64,000 nt of DNA from an uncultured Actinomycetes bacterium (GTDB lineage: Bacteria; Actinomycetota; Acidimicrobiia; Acidimicrobiales; Ilumatobacteraceae). Under the pieces are notes generated by a model. That model searched no databases, had not been told where the DNA came from, and saw only the letters and a program-made list of their open reading frames with translations. The stretch covers positions 839 through 64,838 of the forward strand of contig CAWHEG010000027.1 in assembly GCA_963828405.1 (NCBI GenBank), read 5' to 3'. The first letter of the stretch is position 1, and every line of letters starts with the position of its first letter. Positions 6,961-17,880 of the stretch are shown in pieces. The position numbers and the translations under genes are program-made.

Positions 6961-7977
6961 CTGTTGGCCGGGTGCGGGTGGGAGCCCACCTGGACCGATC
7001 GCCATCTCGGTGGGTTCTGGGCCCGTCGGCGGGTCGCCGCGGTGGTCCAACGGCTCGAACGCCTCGGCGTCCCGTTCCTGCAGACGGTGCTGCTCGTCCC
7101 TGCGATCCGCCGGGCGAGCGGTGTCGTGGCGATCTTCGAGAGCGAGGGCCACTGCTTCGCCGCCCTTCGCCGCGTCGGCCTGTTCCGTCGGAAGCGGTTC
7201 GTGATCGTCGCCTGCTGGCTCGCCGAACTGGCGACGACGATGTCGCCCCGACGCCTGGGCGTGTACCGCTGGCTGTACCGCGGCGTCGACCATGTCGTGG
7301 TGTTCTCGGAGAACCAGCGCCGCATCCTCGTCGACCGGGTCGGCATCGACGATCGGCGCATCGCCGTCGCCCGGTTCGGGATCGATCTCGACGAGTGGGC
7401 CGACCTGCCGACCGGCGACGGTGGGACGGTGCTCGCCGTGGGTCGCGACGAGGGCCGCGACTGGCCGACGTTGCTCGCTGCCGTGACGGGGACCGGCTGG
7501 CCGGTCGTCGTGGCTTCACGCCCACGCTCGATCGACGACCTCGAGCTCCCCGCCGAGGTCGACTTCCAGCGGCTACCTCCCCCGTGAGGAGTACCGATCG
7601 CTGCTCGCCGCAGCCTCCGTGGTCGCCGTGATCAGCCGCGACCTCGCCTACCCGACCGGCCAGACCGTGCTGCTCGAGGCGATGGCGCTCGGCAAGGCGT
7701 GCGTCGTCACCCACAGCGAGGCGATGGCCGACTACATCACCGAGGCCGTGGTTCCCGTGGACGTCGGCGACGCCGCCGCGGTACGAACGGCGATCCAGGA
7801 GCTGCTCGACGACCCCGAACGCCGCCGGCGGCTGGGCGGGCTGGCCAGGGAGATCGCCCACGAACGGTTTGGCGCCGAGCACATGTGGCGCACCGTCGCC
7901 GACTGCCTCGGCGACCACGGCGAACCGTTCCTGTGGCGAGTCATCGTGGAGGAGCTGACCGAGGCTCGCTCGCAGGG
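6955..7977 (+). pseudogene. GT-B glycosyltransferase interrupted by a +1 frameshift near 7567-7570
   Basis: Frame 1 reads ...VVFSENQRRILVDRVGIDDRRIAVARFGIDLDEW...ELPAEVDFQ and then stops at 7585-7587. Frame 2 continues GYLPREEYRSLLAAASVVAVISRDLAYPTGQTVLLEAMALGKACVV (the EX7E region). The start (GTG 6955?) and the 3' end are both uncertain, because frame 2 stays open into the next gene. Confidence 0.6.
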
Positions 7978-8027
7978 TAAGAGTTTGGGGAGAACAGTCG
8001 GATTTCCCCCCGGAGGACCGACGATCG

Positions 8028-10436
8028 GTGTTGAGTGGCACCATGAAGCAGTGGGCGTTTCGTCGTCATTCCTCCACGTTCGTGAAGGGGGTGTTCTCCG
8101 CCGGGGCGGTGTTGATCGCTGCGAGTTGCGGTGCAGCCGCCAACTCTTCGTCGAACGCCGACATCGCAACCCTCGACACCGGTGGAGCGTCAGGTGCGGC
8201 GACCACCACCACGGTCGTCGTCGATCAGCAGGAGGCGGTGCTGTCGTTCGCCACGTGCATGCGCGACAACGGGATCGCGATGGACGATCCGACGTTCGAC
8301 GCGAGCGGCAACGTCGACGGCGGCCTGTTCCCGCGACCCGCCGCCGGTGACACCGCGTCGTCGTTGCCGTTCGACCCTCGCTCCGATGAGTTCCGTACGG
8401 CGATGGGTGCTTGCCAATCGTTGATCGAGGGAATCGGTTTCGGCGGACGCGGTGGGCCCGGTGGTGGTTTCGACCGCACGGAGATCCAGTCGTCGATGAA
8501 CGACTTCACCGCCTGCCTGCGCGACAACGGTCTGACGGTCGATGACATCACCTTCGGCGGCGGCCCCGGCGGTGGAAACGGCGGCGGGTTCGGCGGTGGT
8601 CAGGCCGGTGGCTCCGACGCCGGTACCGCCAGTAGCGTTCCCGGGGGGACGACCCCCGATGGCAGCGTTCCGCCTGGCGGATTCGACCGTCAACGGACGC
8701 CCGGCGATGGCGACGGTCCGGGTGGTGCAGGGTTCGACCCGACGGCGCGGATGATCGAGCGCCTCGGTCTCGACGCCACCGATCCCGGCCGTCGCCGCGG
8801 CGATGGAGGCCTGCCAGCCGATTCTGACGGCTGCGTTCCAGCCGACGACCACCACGACCACAGGGTGATGGGTCGCCTCGGGAAGGCGGCGCTGCTCGGA
8901 GTGCTCGTCGCCGGTTCGGCGGCGGGCGGAGCCGTGGCCGCCAGGGCCGGCAACGAGACCAGCGAGCCGCAGGATGCGGCGACGGCGACGCTGTCGACGA
9001 TCGCCGTCGAGCAACGCGATCTGGTGACCTACGACGAGACCGACGCCACGCTCGGTTTCACATCGTCGGCAACGGTGTCGGCGCCCGTCGCCGGCACGAT
9101 CACCGCGATTCTCGACGAGGGCCAGACGGTCGACGCGGGAACGACGGTGGCGAGCATCGATGGAGCGCCGGTGGTTGCGATGATCGGTGACATCCCCGGC
9201 TATCGCGCCCTGTCGACGTCGTCGACCGACGGTGCCGACGTCCGACAGTTGGAGGCGAACCTCGTTGCGCTCGGGTTCGATCCCGACGGGGAGATCGAGA
9301 TCGACACGAGCTTCGACGACGCGACTGCGGCCGCAGTGACCCGCTGGGAGAACGGTCTCGGCCTCACCGGTGATGGTCAGGTGCCCCAGAGCGAGGTCGT
9401 CTTCATCCCCGGGCGTCTGCTCGTCGACACCATCTCGGGCCGGGTCGGTGGCACGACGTCCGCCGGCGCGGCGTTGTTCACGGCCCGCCTCGCGGAGCGC
9501 AGATTCCTGGTCTCCGCGACCCGTTCCGCAGGTGCGGTGGTCGATCGCTTCGCCACGCCTGGCACAGCGGTGACCACGGGCACCGTGTTGTTCTGGGAAG
9601 GTGGTTACCCGGTCGCCGCCGTCGAGGGCGACGCCGCCGCGCGTCCCGCGCTCGACCGCGATCTGCGGCTCGGCGTCTCGGACGGCGCCGACGTCCATCT
9701 GTTGGAGCAGATGCTCGCCGCCGGTGGTTTCGATCCGGACGGCCAGATGAGGATCGACGACCAGTTCGATGCGGCAACCGAGGCGGCCGTCTACCGCTGG
9801 TGGGGCTCGCTCGGGGAAGCGGCAGCGGGCGGGAGCGGCGCTTCGCTGGGGACGGATGGCATCGTCGTGCCGTCGGGAAGTCTGGCGGTGGTGCCGTCCG
9901 GGTTGTTCGTCGGCGCCCCTGCCCTCGCATCGGGCACGCCGATCGCCCATGACGCCGTCGCCCTCTCGCTGACCACTGCGGCTCGGTTGGTCACCACCTC
10001 GGCACCGATCAACGATGCGACGTTCGCGCTCGGGGCGTCGATCACGGTGGTCTTCCCCGACGGTTCGCAAGGCAACGGAACGATCGTCAAGGTGGGCACC
10101 GTCGCCTCGAATCCCGGCCAGCCGGGGGACACTCCCACTGTGCCGATCGACATCGACGTCGATCAGATCCCCGAGTCGGTCGATTCGTTCGTCCAGATCC
10201 CGGTGACCCTCAGGGTGGTCAACGAGGAAGCAAAGAACGCGCTCGTCGTGCCGGTGAGCGCTCTCGTTGCGCTCGCCGAAGGCGGATTCGCCGTCGAGGT
10301 CGTCACCGGCAAGCAACCCGACGGCACCGATGCCACCAAGTTGGTCGCCGCGACGCCGGGGCTGTTCGCCGACGGCTTCGTCGCCGTGACCGCCGATCAG
10401 CTCAAGGCCGGCGACGTGGTGGTCGTGCCGTCATGA
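8028..10436 (+). CDS. Uninterrupted 802-codon ORF: an N-terminal Cys-motif lipoprotein fused to a periplasmic adaptor (HlyD-like) with two peptidoglycan-binding domains
   Basis: There is a lipobox (LIAASC) after MKQW (ATG 8043; GTG 8028 has GGAGGA 11 nt upstream). The motif C(M/L)RDNG(I/L)..DD..F is repeated. From ATG 8868 ([21 protein letters not shown]) the sequence is a membrane-anchored adaptor with PG_binding-like repeats ([19 protein letters not shown]; [19 protein letters not shown]). See the finding on a probable two-gene origin. Confidence 0.75.
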   Translation: MLSGTMKQWAFRRHSSTFVKGVFSAGAVLIAASCGAAANSSSNADIATLDTGGASGAATTTTVVVDQQEAVLSFATCMRDNGIAMDDPTFDASGNVDGGLFPRPAAGDTASSLPFDPRSDEFRTAMGACQSLIEGIGFGGRGGPGGGFDRTEIQSSMNDFTACLRDNGLTVDDITFGGGPGGGNGGGFGGGQAGGSDAGTASSVPGGTTPDGSVPPGGFDRQRTPGDGDGPGGAGFDPTARMIERLGLDATDPGRRRGDGGLPADSDGCVPADDHHDHRVMGRLGKAALLGVLVAGSAAGGAVAARAGNETSEPQDAATATLSTIAVEQRDLVTYDETDATLGFTSSATVSAPVAGTITAILDEGQTVDAGTTVASIDGAPVVAMIGDIPGYRALSTSSTDGADVRQLEANLVALGFDPDGEIEIDTSFDDATAAAVTRWENGLGLTGDGQVPQSEVVFIPGRLLVDTISGRVGGTTSAGAALFTARLAERRFLVSATRSAGAVVDRFATPGTAVTTGTVLFWEGGYPVAAVEGDAAARPALDRDLRLGVSDGADVHLLEQMLAAGGFDPDGQMRIDDQFDAATEAAVYRWWGSLGEAAAGGSGASLGTDGIVVPSGSLAVVPSGLFVGAPALASGTPIAHDAVALSLTTAARLVTTSAPINDATFALGASITVVFPDGSQGNGTIVKVGTVASNPGQPGDTPTVPIDIDVDQIPESVDSFVQIPVTLRVVNEEAKNALVVPVSALVALAEGGFAVEVVTGKQPDGTDATKLVAATPGLFADGFVAVTADQLKAGDVVVVPS

Positions 10437-11167
10437 ACGAGGCACCGACGACCGGGGATGCCGACGCCGCGTTGCAGCTGACCGACGTCGTCAAGGAGTA
10501 CCCGGGCGACCCCCCGATCCGGGCGCTCGACTCGGTGTCGTTGCGCGTCGAACGTGGCGAGTTGGCGGCGATCGTCGGCCCGTCAGGTTCGGGCAAGTCG
10601 ACGTTGTTGCACATCATGGGCACCCTCGATCGGCCGACGAGCGGGTCCGTGCGGTTGTCGGGTGTCGAGGCGTCGAGGCTCGGCGACAAGCAGCTGTCTG
10701 CGGTGCGGGCCAACCTGATCGGGTTCGTCTTCCAACAGTTCTTCCTCCTCGAGGCGATGCCGGCGCTCGACAACGTCGCCAACGGGCTGCTCTATCGGGG
10801 CGTCTCGCCCGCAGCCCGCCGCGCCGCGGCGACCGAGGCGCTGCAACGCGTCGGACTGGGTAACCGACTGCGCCATCTGCCCAATCAACTCTCCGGTGGC
10901 GAGCGCCAACGCGTCGCCATCGCCCGGGCGCTGGTCAACCGCCCTTCGATCATCCTCGCCGACGAGCCGACGGGCAACCTCGACTCACGTTCGGGCGCTG
11001 CGGTACTCGACCTCATCCGCGAGTTGCACGCCGAAGGCCGCACCATCGTGATCATCACCCACGACCGCGAGGTCGCCGCGTCACTCCCGCGGCGGATCTC
11101 GGTGCTCGACGGACGGATCGAGTCGGACAACGCCGATCACCGCCTGGTGACGGGTGGCGCGGTATGA
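10433..11167 (+). CDS. ABC transporter ATP-binding protein (MacB/LolD/FtsE type)
   Basis: Walker A is GPSGSGKST, the signature is [15 protein letters not shown], and Walker B is [12 protein letters not shown]. It has an ATGA overlap with the upstream gene. Confidence 0.95.
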   Translation: MNEAPTTGDADAALQLTDVVKEYPGDPPIRALDSVSLRVERGELAAIVGPSGSGKSTLLHIMGTLDRPTSGSVRLSGVEASRLGDKQLSAVRANLIGFVFQQFFLLEAMPALDNVANGLLYRGVSPAARRAAATEALQRVGLGNRLRHLPNQLSGGERQRVAIARALVNRPSIILADEPTGNLDSRSGAAVLDLIRELHAEGRTIVIITHDREVAASLPRRISVLDGRIESDNADHRLVTGGAV

Positions 11168-12375
11168 CGAGCATCTCGATCTCGCTCGAACCGTCGCGAC
11201 TGCGTCTCGGCGACGTCTTGCGGGTCGGGTCGCTCGGCCTGCGGATGCGGCGCCTGCGAACCGGGCTCTCGACGCTCGGCATCGCCATCGGCATCGCCGC
11301 CATGGTCGGTGTACTCGGCCTGTCCGCGTCGTCGCGTGAAGACCTGCAGGTGAAGATCCGCGCCCTCGGCACGAACCTGTTGTCGGTCCAGGCGGGCCAA
11401 GGATTCGGGCGTGGGTCGGGAGAGCTGCCGAGCACCGCCGTGGCGATGGTCAGCCGCATCAAGCCCGTCACCGCAGTGAGCTCGTTGGCGAGCGTCACCA
11501 CCGTCGTGCGCCGCTCCGACGCCGTGTCCGAAGGCGTCACGGGCGGAATCGCCACGTTCGCCACCGACCCAGGTCTGCTGGCGACCCTCCACGGAACCGT
11601 CGCCGACGGCAAATGGCTCGACGCGGCGACCGCCGAGTATCCCGCAGTCGTGCTCGGGTCGGTCGCCGCGCAAAAGCTCGGCATCATCGACGTCGCCGAC
11701 GGGCTGCGAGTGCTGATCGGCGATCAGTGGTTCGCGGTGATCGGAATTCTCAACCCGATCGGCGCCGCGGAAGGCCTCGACCGGGCAGCGCTCGTCGGCA
11801 TCGGCGCCGCCCAGAGCTACGTCGTCGGCGACACCGTCGTACCCGAGACCATCTACGTCCGAACCGCCAACGGTGCCACCGAAGCGGTCGGCGGCGTCCT
11901 CGCCGCGACCATCAACCCGGCGACACCCGAGGAGGTCGAGGTCTCCCGCCCGTCCGACGCGCTCGCTGCGGAAGAGGCTGCCAACACGGCGTTCACGTCG
12001 CTGTTCCTCGGCCTCGGCGCGATCGCGCTCCTGGTCGGTGGCATCGGCATCGCCAACGTGATGGTCATCGCCGTGATCGAGCGTCGCAGCGAGATCGGCC
12101 TGCGGCGGGCGTTGGGCGCGACCCGTGCCCACATTCGCCGCCAGTTCCTCACCGAAGCGGTCCTCCTCGCAGGCGCAGGCGGCGTGGTCGGTGTCGCCCT
12201 CGGCGCTGCGGTGACCTGGCTCTACGCCACGACTCAACACTGGCCGATCGTGATTCCGCCTGTCGCGCTCGTCGGCGGTGTCGTCGCGGCCGTGGTGATC
12301 GGTGCCCTGGCGGGGCTCTACCCGGCGGCGAGGGCCGCCCGGCTCCCGCCGACCGAAGCACTGAGGTCGAACTGA
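11164..12375 (+). CDS. ABC transporter permease, FtsX/MacB family
   Basis: It has an N-terminal TM segment, a large extracytoplasmic loop, and a C-terminal FtsX domain ([40 protein letters not shown]). It overlaps the ATPase gene by 4 nt. Confidence 0.92.
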   Translation: MTSISISLEPSRLRLGDVLRVGSLGLRMRRLRTGLSTLGIAIGIAAMVGVLGLSASSREDLQVKIRALGTNLLSVQAGQGFGRGSGELPSTAVAMVSRIKPVTAVSSLASVTTVVRRSDAVSEGVTGGIATFATDPGLLATLHGTVADGKWLDAATAEYPAVVLGSVAAQKLGIIDVADGLRVLIGDQWFAVIGILNPIGAAEGLDRAALVGIGAAQSYVVGDTVVPETIYVRTANGATEAVGGVLAATINPATPEEVEVSRPSDALAAEEAANTAFTSLFLGLGAIALLVGGIGIANVMVIAVIERRSEIGLRRALGATRAHIRRQFLTEAVLLAGAGGVVGVALGAAVTWLYATTQHWPIVIPPVALVGGVVAAVVIGALAGLYPAARAARLPPTEALRSN

Positions 12376-12376
12376 G

Positions 12377-13879
12377 ATGGCCACCAGATCATCACGCTCA
12401 CGATCCCTCCGCCGCGGCCTGGTCGCGCTGCTCGCCGTCGGCGCCGTCGTCGGCGCAGGTGAACTGGTTCGACGCAAGTACTCCGAGGAGACCGCGGTGC
12501 CCGTAGCCGCAGCGGAGGTGCTCAAGGCCGCCACCGTCACGATCGGCGACCTGTCGACCACCGAACGCCTGAGCGGCTCGGTCGTTCTGTCGGACACCAC
12601 CGACGTGCTCAACCGAACGCCCACCTCGACCTCGACATCGAGCGGGGCCTCCGCGAGCCAGGCGGCCGCGACCAACCAATCGACGACCGCCGCAGCGTCG
12701 AACTTCGTCGCGGCGGCGGTCCCCGAGCAGGCAGGAGGCACGGCAGATTGCACCACCGACTCGACCGTGCCGTCTGCGCCACCCGCGAGCGAGCCGGTCG
12801 CCCCGACCACGACCACCACGGTCGAGCCGCCGACCACGACCACCGATCCATCCGCGCCACCATCGACGACGATCACCGAAACGACGGTGGCGTCCACCGT
12901 CACCGAGCCCACCGTCGCCTCGACCGTGCCGGCGACGACCGCGCCATGCACGCCGACGTCGACGCCCGGAGGGAGCGTCGCGGGAGGATTCGGCGGCGCC
13001 GGGGGTTCGGGCGCGGTAGCAGGCTCGGGGGGCGGCACCTCGAGCGGGGGCGCGACATCGGTCACTGCACAGACGGTGACGTCGATCCGTTCCGTCGGGC
13101 AGACGGTCGAATTGGGCGACGTGCTTTACACGGTCGACGGTCTGCCGGTGATCGCGCTCGCCGGCTCCATCCCGGCATGGCGGGCGATGTCGACGTCGTC
13201 ACCGAATGGAGCGGATGTCTGGCAGTTGGAGGCAAGTCTCGCCGCGCTCGGATACGACTCAGGCGGTGCGATGGTCGTCGATGCCGATTTCGACAGCCAC
13301 ACGGCGACGGTGGTCAAGGCCTGGCAGAAGGGCAACGGCGTCGAAGAGACCGGAACCGTCGAACTGGGAAGCGTCGTCTTCCTGACGCCGGGGACCACGA
13401 TCATCAGCGTGAACAAGGGTGTCGGCGACTCGGTGCGTGATGGCGACGGCATGTTGAGCGTGTCGGCCGACAGCCAGGAGGTGGTGATCGACGTGCCCAC
13501 CGGCTCGGAACGGGAGATCGTCCCTGGTGGTGTGGTCGACATCGATGGAACGGCAGGAACGGTCACCCGATTGCGCTCGTCGTCCGACTCGGGCTCCGTC
13601 GCCGTCCAAGCGGTGATCGTGCCTCAGACCCCCCTCGCGGGGGCCACCAACGGCTCGACGGTGACGGTCAGACTGACGATCACCGAGGCAACCGGCGTGC
13701 TGACCGTTCCGGTCGAAGCGATCGCATCACGCATCGACGGCAATCACGTCGTCGAGGTACGAGCCGCCGACGGGACCACCACCTGGGTACCGATCGAACT
13801 GCTCGGGGTGAGTGGGAACATGGCTGCGATCCGCGGCGACGGTGTCGGCGAGGGCACGACGGTTCTCCTTCCGGTGTGA
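12377..13879 (+). CDS. Periplasmic adaptor (HlyD-like) with a peptidoglycan-binding domain and a Thr/Pro-rich linker; paralog of the 8868-10436 part
   Basis: It has an N-terminal TM segment (LVALLAVGAVVGAG), a low-complexity T/P/S linker, ADVWQLEASLAALGYDSGG...VKAWQKGNGVEETG, and a beta-barrel tail. Confidence 0.88.
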   Translation: MATRSSRSRSLRRGLVALLAVGAVVGAGELVRRKYSEETAVPVAAAEVLKAATVTIGDLSTTERLSGSVVLSDTTDVLNRTPTSTSTSSGASASQAAATNQSTTAAASNFVAAAVPEQAGGTADCTTDSTVPSAPPASEPVAPTTTTTVEPPTTTTDPSAPPSTTITETTVASTVTEPTVASTVPATTAPCTPTSTPGGSVAGGFGGAGGSGAVAGSGGGTSSGGATSVTAQTVTSIRSVGQTVELGDVLYTVDGLPVIALAGSIPAWRAMSTSSPNGADVWQLEASLAALGYDSGGAMVVDADFDSHTATVVKAWQKGNGVEETGTVELGSVVFLTPGTTIISVNKGVGDSVRDGDGMLSVSADSQEVVIDVPTGSEREIVPGGVVDIDGTAGTVTRLRSSSDSGSVAVQAVIVPQTPLAGATNGSTVTVRLTITEATGVLTVPVEAIASRIDGNHVVEVRAADGTTTWVPIELLGVSGNMAAIRGDGVGEGTTVLLPV

Positions 13880-13903
13880 CGCGCCGCCGCTGGTCGGCGC
13901 GTC
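13878..13903. terminator. GC-rich hairpin between convergent genes (9-bp stem, 8-nt loop)
   Basis: gacgcgccg (13878-13886) pairs with cggcgcgtc (13895-13903). It sits between the stop at 13879 (+) and the stop at 13914 (-). There is no clear U-tract. Confidence 0.45.
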
Positions 13904-13913
13904 CGCAGGACGG

Positions 13914-14963
<1,050 letters not shown>

Positions 14964-15051
14964 TCACGGCGCCGGGCCCTCGGCCGACGAGAGGAGCTTC
15001 ACGCCCCGGTGAGCAGCACCGCCGACGGATCCACCAGCTGGTGCGGGTGAG

Positions 15052-15450
15052 TCACGCCTCGAGCTGTGCGGCGGTCTGGGCGGTGTCCTCGGTGCCCCGG
15101 TAGTAGCAGATCTTGTCGCCGCGGAACCGCCACCAGTGCAGGAGGAGCATCGATGCCGTCTTGCCCGTGGCGCGAGCCGTGCTGGCGTAGCGGATGGCGA
15201 CCATCACGTCGTCGTCGTTCGACGTGAACGACAGCGGGGTGAACTCGGTGACCTCCTCGGCCCCGGCAAACTCGGTGAAGAACCGGGGCACCTGGGCCTT
15301 GCCGTGGCAGGCGCCGTGCCAGGGGGCCACGGGGACGGCTTCTGCCGACCAGTCGACGTCGTCGGTGAGCCGGTCGAGGATCGCGGCGACGTCGCCGCGT
15401 CCGAACGCCTCGTACACCTGCTGTACGACCTGGATCTTGTGGTCCGACAT
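15052..15450 (-). CDS. SnoaL-like / NTF2-fold protein
   Basis: VVQQVYEAFGRGDVAAILDRLTDDVDW...WHG.C.GKAQVPRFF...WWRFRGDKICYYRG. A GAGGAG RBS lies upstream of the ATG. It is a paralog of 17352-17795. Confidence 0.88.
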   Translation of the reverse strand: MSDHKIQVVQQVYEAFGRGDVAAILDRLTDDVDWSAEAVPVAPWHGACHGKAQVPRFFTEFAGAEEVTEFTPLSFTSNDDDVMVAIRYASTARATGKTASMLLLHWWRFRGDKICYYRGTEDTAQTAAQLEA

Positions 15451-15593
15451 CGAGTTCTCCTCTGGGTAGGTGATCGCCGGTCATTCGCCGCCACCCGGCC
15501 GGCGGATCACGCCCGTCAGCGGCGAAGCGCAGACGCCGACGATGCGCCAGGGGGCGCCGAGGTCGCCCTTGGGATGTCATGGTGGCCGTCCGG

Positions 15594-15649
15594 GGGCGAA
15601 GTGATGCCAGAAACTCGGGAAGTGACCACGTTCTGGCATCACTTCGCCC
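15594..15649. promoter_or_regulatory. Perfect 19-bp inverted repeat with an 18-nt spacer
   Basis: gggcgaagtgatgccagaa (15594-15612) is the exact reverse complement of ttctggcatcacttcgccc (15631-15649). It lies between the regulator stop (15765) and the SnoaL start (15450), both on the minus strand. Confidence 0.7.
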
Positions 15650-15764
15650 GCCGGTGGAGGCGTCGCAGGGAGATCCGGGACACCATGACATCGAAGCAGA
15701 CAACCGTTCGCCTCCCCGAAGACCTGGCCGAGGTACGCCGGCGACCGGCGCAGCCCGCCCGGGG

Positions 15765-17342
15765 CTACGGGGTCTCGGGGAGGATGCCGTGTTCGATGGC
15801 GTAGAGCGCGGCGGCGCCGCGCGTGGAGACACCGATCTTGGTGTAGACGTGCTGCACGTGGTGGTCGGCGGTCTTCGTCGAGATGACCAGTCGCCCGGCG
15901 ATCTGCTTGGTGGTCAAACCGAGGGTGACGAGACGGAGCACCTCGACCTCCCGGGCGGTCAGTCCCGCCGGTTGAGGTGGTCGCGCCGCTCGGCGGTGCC
16001 CGGCGGCGGCGAGCACCCGCTCGACGGCCTCGCCGTCGAGCTGCCCGGCGGCGCTCATCGACCGCAGCTCGCCGGCGGCGTCGGCCGGTGTGCGGGCGGG
16101 GCGGTGCGCCCGCTGCGAGATCATCGCCTGGTAGGCGTCGGCGGCGGCGACCACCCGTTGGGCGTCGTCGAGCTGCCCGGCCCCGGAGTGCCGGTGGTAG
16201 CCGGAGCCGTCGAGGCGTTCGTGGGCCGCGGCGGCGATCGGGGCGAGATGGGCGAGCCCGGGGACGCGCCGCAGGAGCTGGTCGGTGACCAGCGCGTGGG
16301 TCTCGACCCGGTCGCGTTCGTCGCGGGTGAACGGACCCGGTTTGTCCCAGATCGAGTTCGCCACGGCGACACAACCGAGGTCGTGGACGAGCGCCGCGTG
16401 TTCGGCCTGCTCCCCTGAGGCCTGACGGGCGAGGTCGGCGACGGCGCGGGAGTGGCCGTGCCACCACGGCGACTTCAGATCGGCGAAGTCGGCGAGCAGG
16501 CAGAGCACGCCGGCGATCTCGGACGGGGTCAGCGGTGCGCATGCCGGCGCCAGCGCAAGGGCGGCGTCCCACGGATCGACCGGTTCGACCGCCTCCCACC
16601 ACACCGGCCCGTTGGCGACGACGAGTCCGGCCAGTTCGGGTTCGTAGGCCTTGCCGCTGCGCGAGGCGACGATCTCGCACCCCCGTTCGACGCCCTCGAG
16701 ACGGGCGAGCACCTCGAACTCCTGGGCGAGGTGGGCGACACGCATCGGGCGCGGGATGCCCTCGCCCTTGCGGCCCTCGGGAAGCCCACGCCCGTTCCAC
16801 CGCTCGAAGTTCGCCGCCAGCGCGGCGCGCACCGACGAATCGAGACCGAGGCGATCGAGGAAGACGTCGGCGACCTCGCAGGCGCTGCGGAAGTTCGCCT
16901 CGGCGGCCTTCTTGCCGCCGGCGAGGATCGACAGCACCGAGCGCAGCCGCCGCACCCCCGTGGTGCCCGGACCGGCGAGCTCGACCATCATCCGCAGCAC
17001 GACCATCGGGTTCGACATGTCGTTGCGCAACGATCGGGCGCGCAGCTCGATCTCGTCGCCGAACAGCACCGCCGTGTCGAACGCGTGCCCCGTGCAGCCC
17101 AGGAAACGCAACGTCGACACCCACCACACCGTCTCGCGTTCGGCCCGATCGACGCCGGCCACGGCGGCCAGATGCTGGCCGAGCACGGCGGCGCGGAGCT
17201 GCGATCCGACCGGCTGGCCGAACGCGTGGTCCTGGGCGACCGCCAACACGGCCGCCACCTCGACCCTGGTCAGCGTGCTGTGCACGGCACCAACCATAGA
17301 TGGGGAATTCACCCGATGCGCCCGACCCCTCGCCGCAGGCAT
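15765..17342 (-). CDS. Transcriptional regulator: two tandem HD(-GYP-like) domains plus a C-terminal LuxR-type HTH
   Basis: The second HD domain reads HGHSRAV..HDLG..HERLDGSGYHR. The first is degenerate (FERWNGRGLPEG). The C-terminal HTH is LTAREVEVLRLVTLGLTTKQIAGRLVISTKTADHHVQHVYTKIGV. The start is either ATG 17342 or ATG 17297; the ORF extension to 17864 is antisense to the SnoaL gene. Confidence 0.85.
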   Translation of the reverse strand: MPAARGRAHRVNSPSMVGAVHSTLTRVEVAAVLAVAQDHAFGQPVGSQLRAAVLGQHLAAVAGVDRAERETVWWVSTLRFLGCTGHAFDTAVLFGDEIELRARSLRNDMSNPMVVLRMMVELAGPGTTGVRRLRSVLSILAGGKKAAEANFRSACEVADVFLDRLGLDSSVRAALAANFERWNGRGLPEGRKGEGIPRPMRVAHLAQEFEVLARLEGVERGCEIVASRSGKAYEPELAGLVVANGPVWWEAVEPVDPWDAALALAPACAPLTPSEIAGVLCLLADFADLKSPWWHGHSRAVADLARQASGEQAEHAALVHDLGCVAVANSIWDKPGPFTRDERDRVETHALVTDQLLRRVPGLAHLAPIAAAAHERLDGSGYHRHSGAGQLDDAQRVVAAADAYQAMISQRAHRPARTPADAAGELRSMSAAGQLDGEAVERVLAAAGHRRAARPPQPAGLTAREVEVLRLVTLGLTTKQIAGRLVISTKTADHHVQHVYTKIGVSTRGAAALYAIEHGILPETP

Positions 17343-17351
17343 CGTGACGGC

Positions 17352-17795
17352 ATGACCACTGCAACCACCACCCCGTCCACACCCGCCACCGCCATGACCG
17401 GCGATCCGAAGATCGCCGCCGTGCAGCGCCTCTACGCCGCCTACGCCGCCCGCGACGTCGACGCCGTGCTCGCCGAGCTCGCCGACGACGTCGACTGGGC
17501 CGCCGAGGCTGCCAGCCGTTCCGTGCCCTGGTACGGGCACTACTCGGGCCGCCGGGAGGTCCCCCGGTTCTTCGAGGCGATCGGATCGTCGGTCGAGATC
17601 ACCGAGTTCACCCTCGTCGGGTTCACGTCCAACGAGACCGACGTCGTCGCCACGATCCACTGGGCCTACACCGTGCGGGCCACCGGCAAGTCGACGGCGA
17701 TGTACATGCAGCACTGGTGGCGGTTCGCCGACGGCGTGATCACCTGGTTCCGCGGTTCGGAGGACACCGAACAGTCCGCCGACGCCTTCCGCTGA
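17352..17795 (+). CDS. SnoaL-like / NTF2-fold protein (paralog 2)
   Basis: IAAVQRLYAAYAARDVDAVLAELADDVDW..VPWYGHYSGRREVPRFF...MQHWWRFADGVITWFRGSEDT. I start it at ATG 17352, divergent from the regulator. Confidence 0.88.
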   Translation: MTTATTTPSTPATAMTGDPKIAAVQRLYAAYAARDVDAVLAELADDVDWAAEAASRSVPWYGHYSGRREVPRFFEAIGSSVEITEFTLVGFTSNETDVVATIHWAYTVRATGKSTAMYMQHWWRFADGVITWFRGSEDTEQSADAFR

Positions 17796-17880
17796 CCGGC
17801 GAACACCCGGCGAGAACCACCGGCGCCCGCCTCGAGGTGGTCGCTCGGCGGCTCCCGAGAACAAGGTTCGGTCCGTTGCC

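Noticed and set aside
8190-13065. Very long antisense ORFs lie opposite the adaptor/ABC genes (8190-10316 minus, 708 aa; 11137-13065 minus, 642 aa).
   Set aside because: Their translations are Arg/Gly/Asp/Pro-rich low-complexity sequence, typical of shadow ORFs in 70% GC DNA. The opposite strand carries unambiguous Walker/FtsX/PG-binding motifs.
15577-17864. There is a 601-aa minus-strand ORF (15577-17382), a 447-aa plus-strand ORF (16452-17795), and an N-terminal extension of the regulator ORF to 17864.
   Set aside because: These are Arg/Pro-rich shadow frames. Only the last 147 codons of the plus-strand ORF (the SnoaL protein) look real. On the minus strand, only the HD-LuxR frame from 17342 or 17297 looks real.
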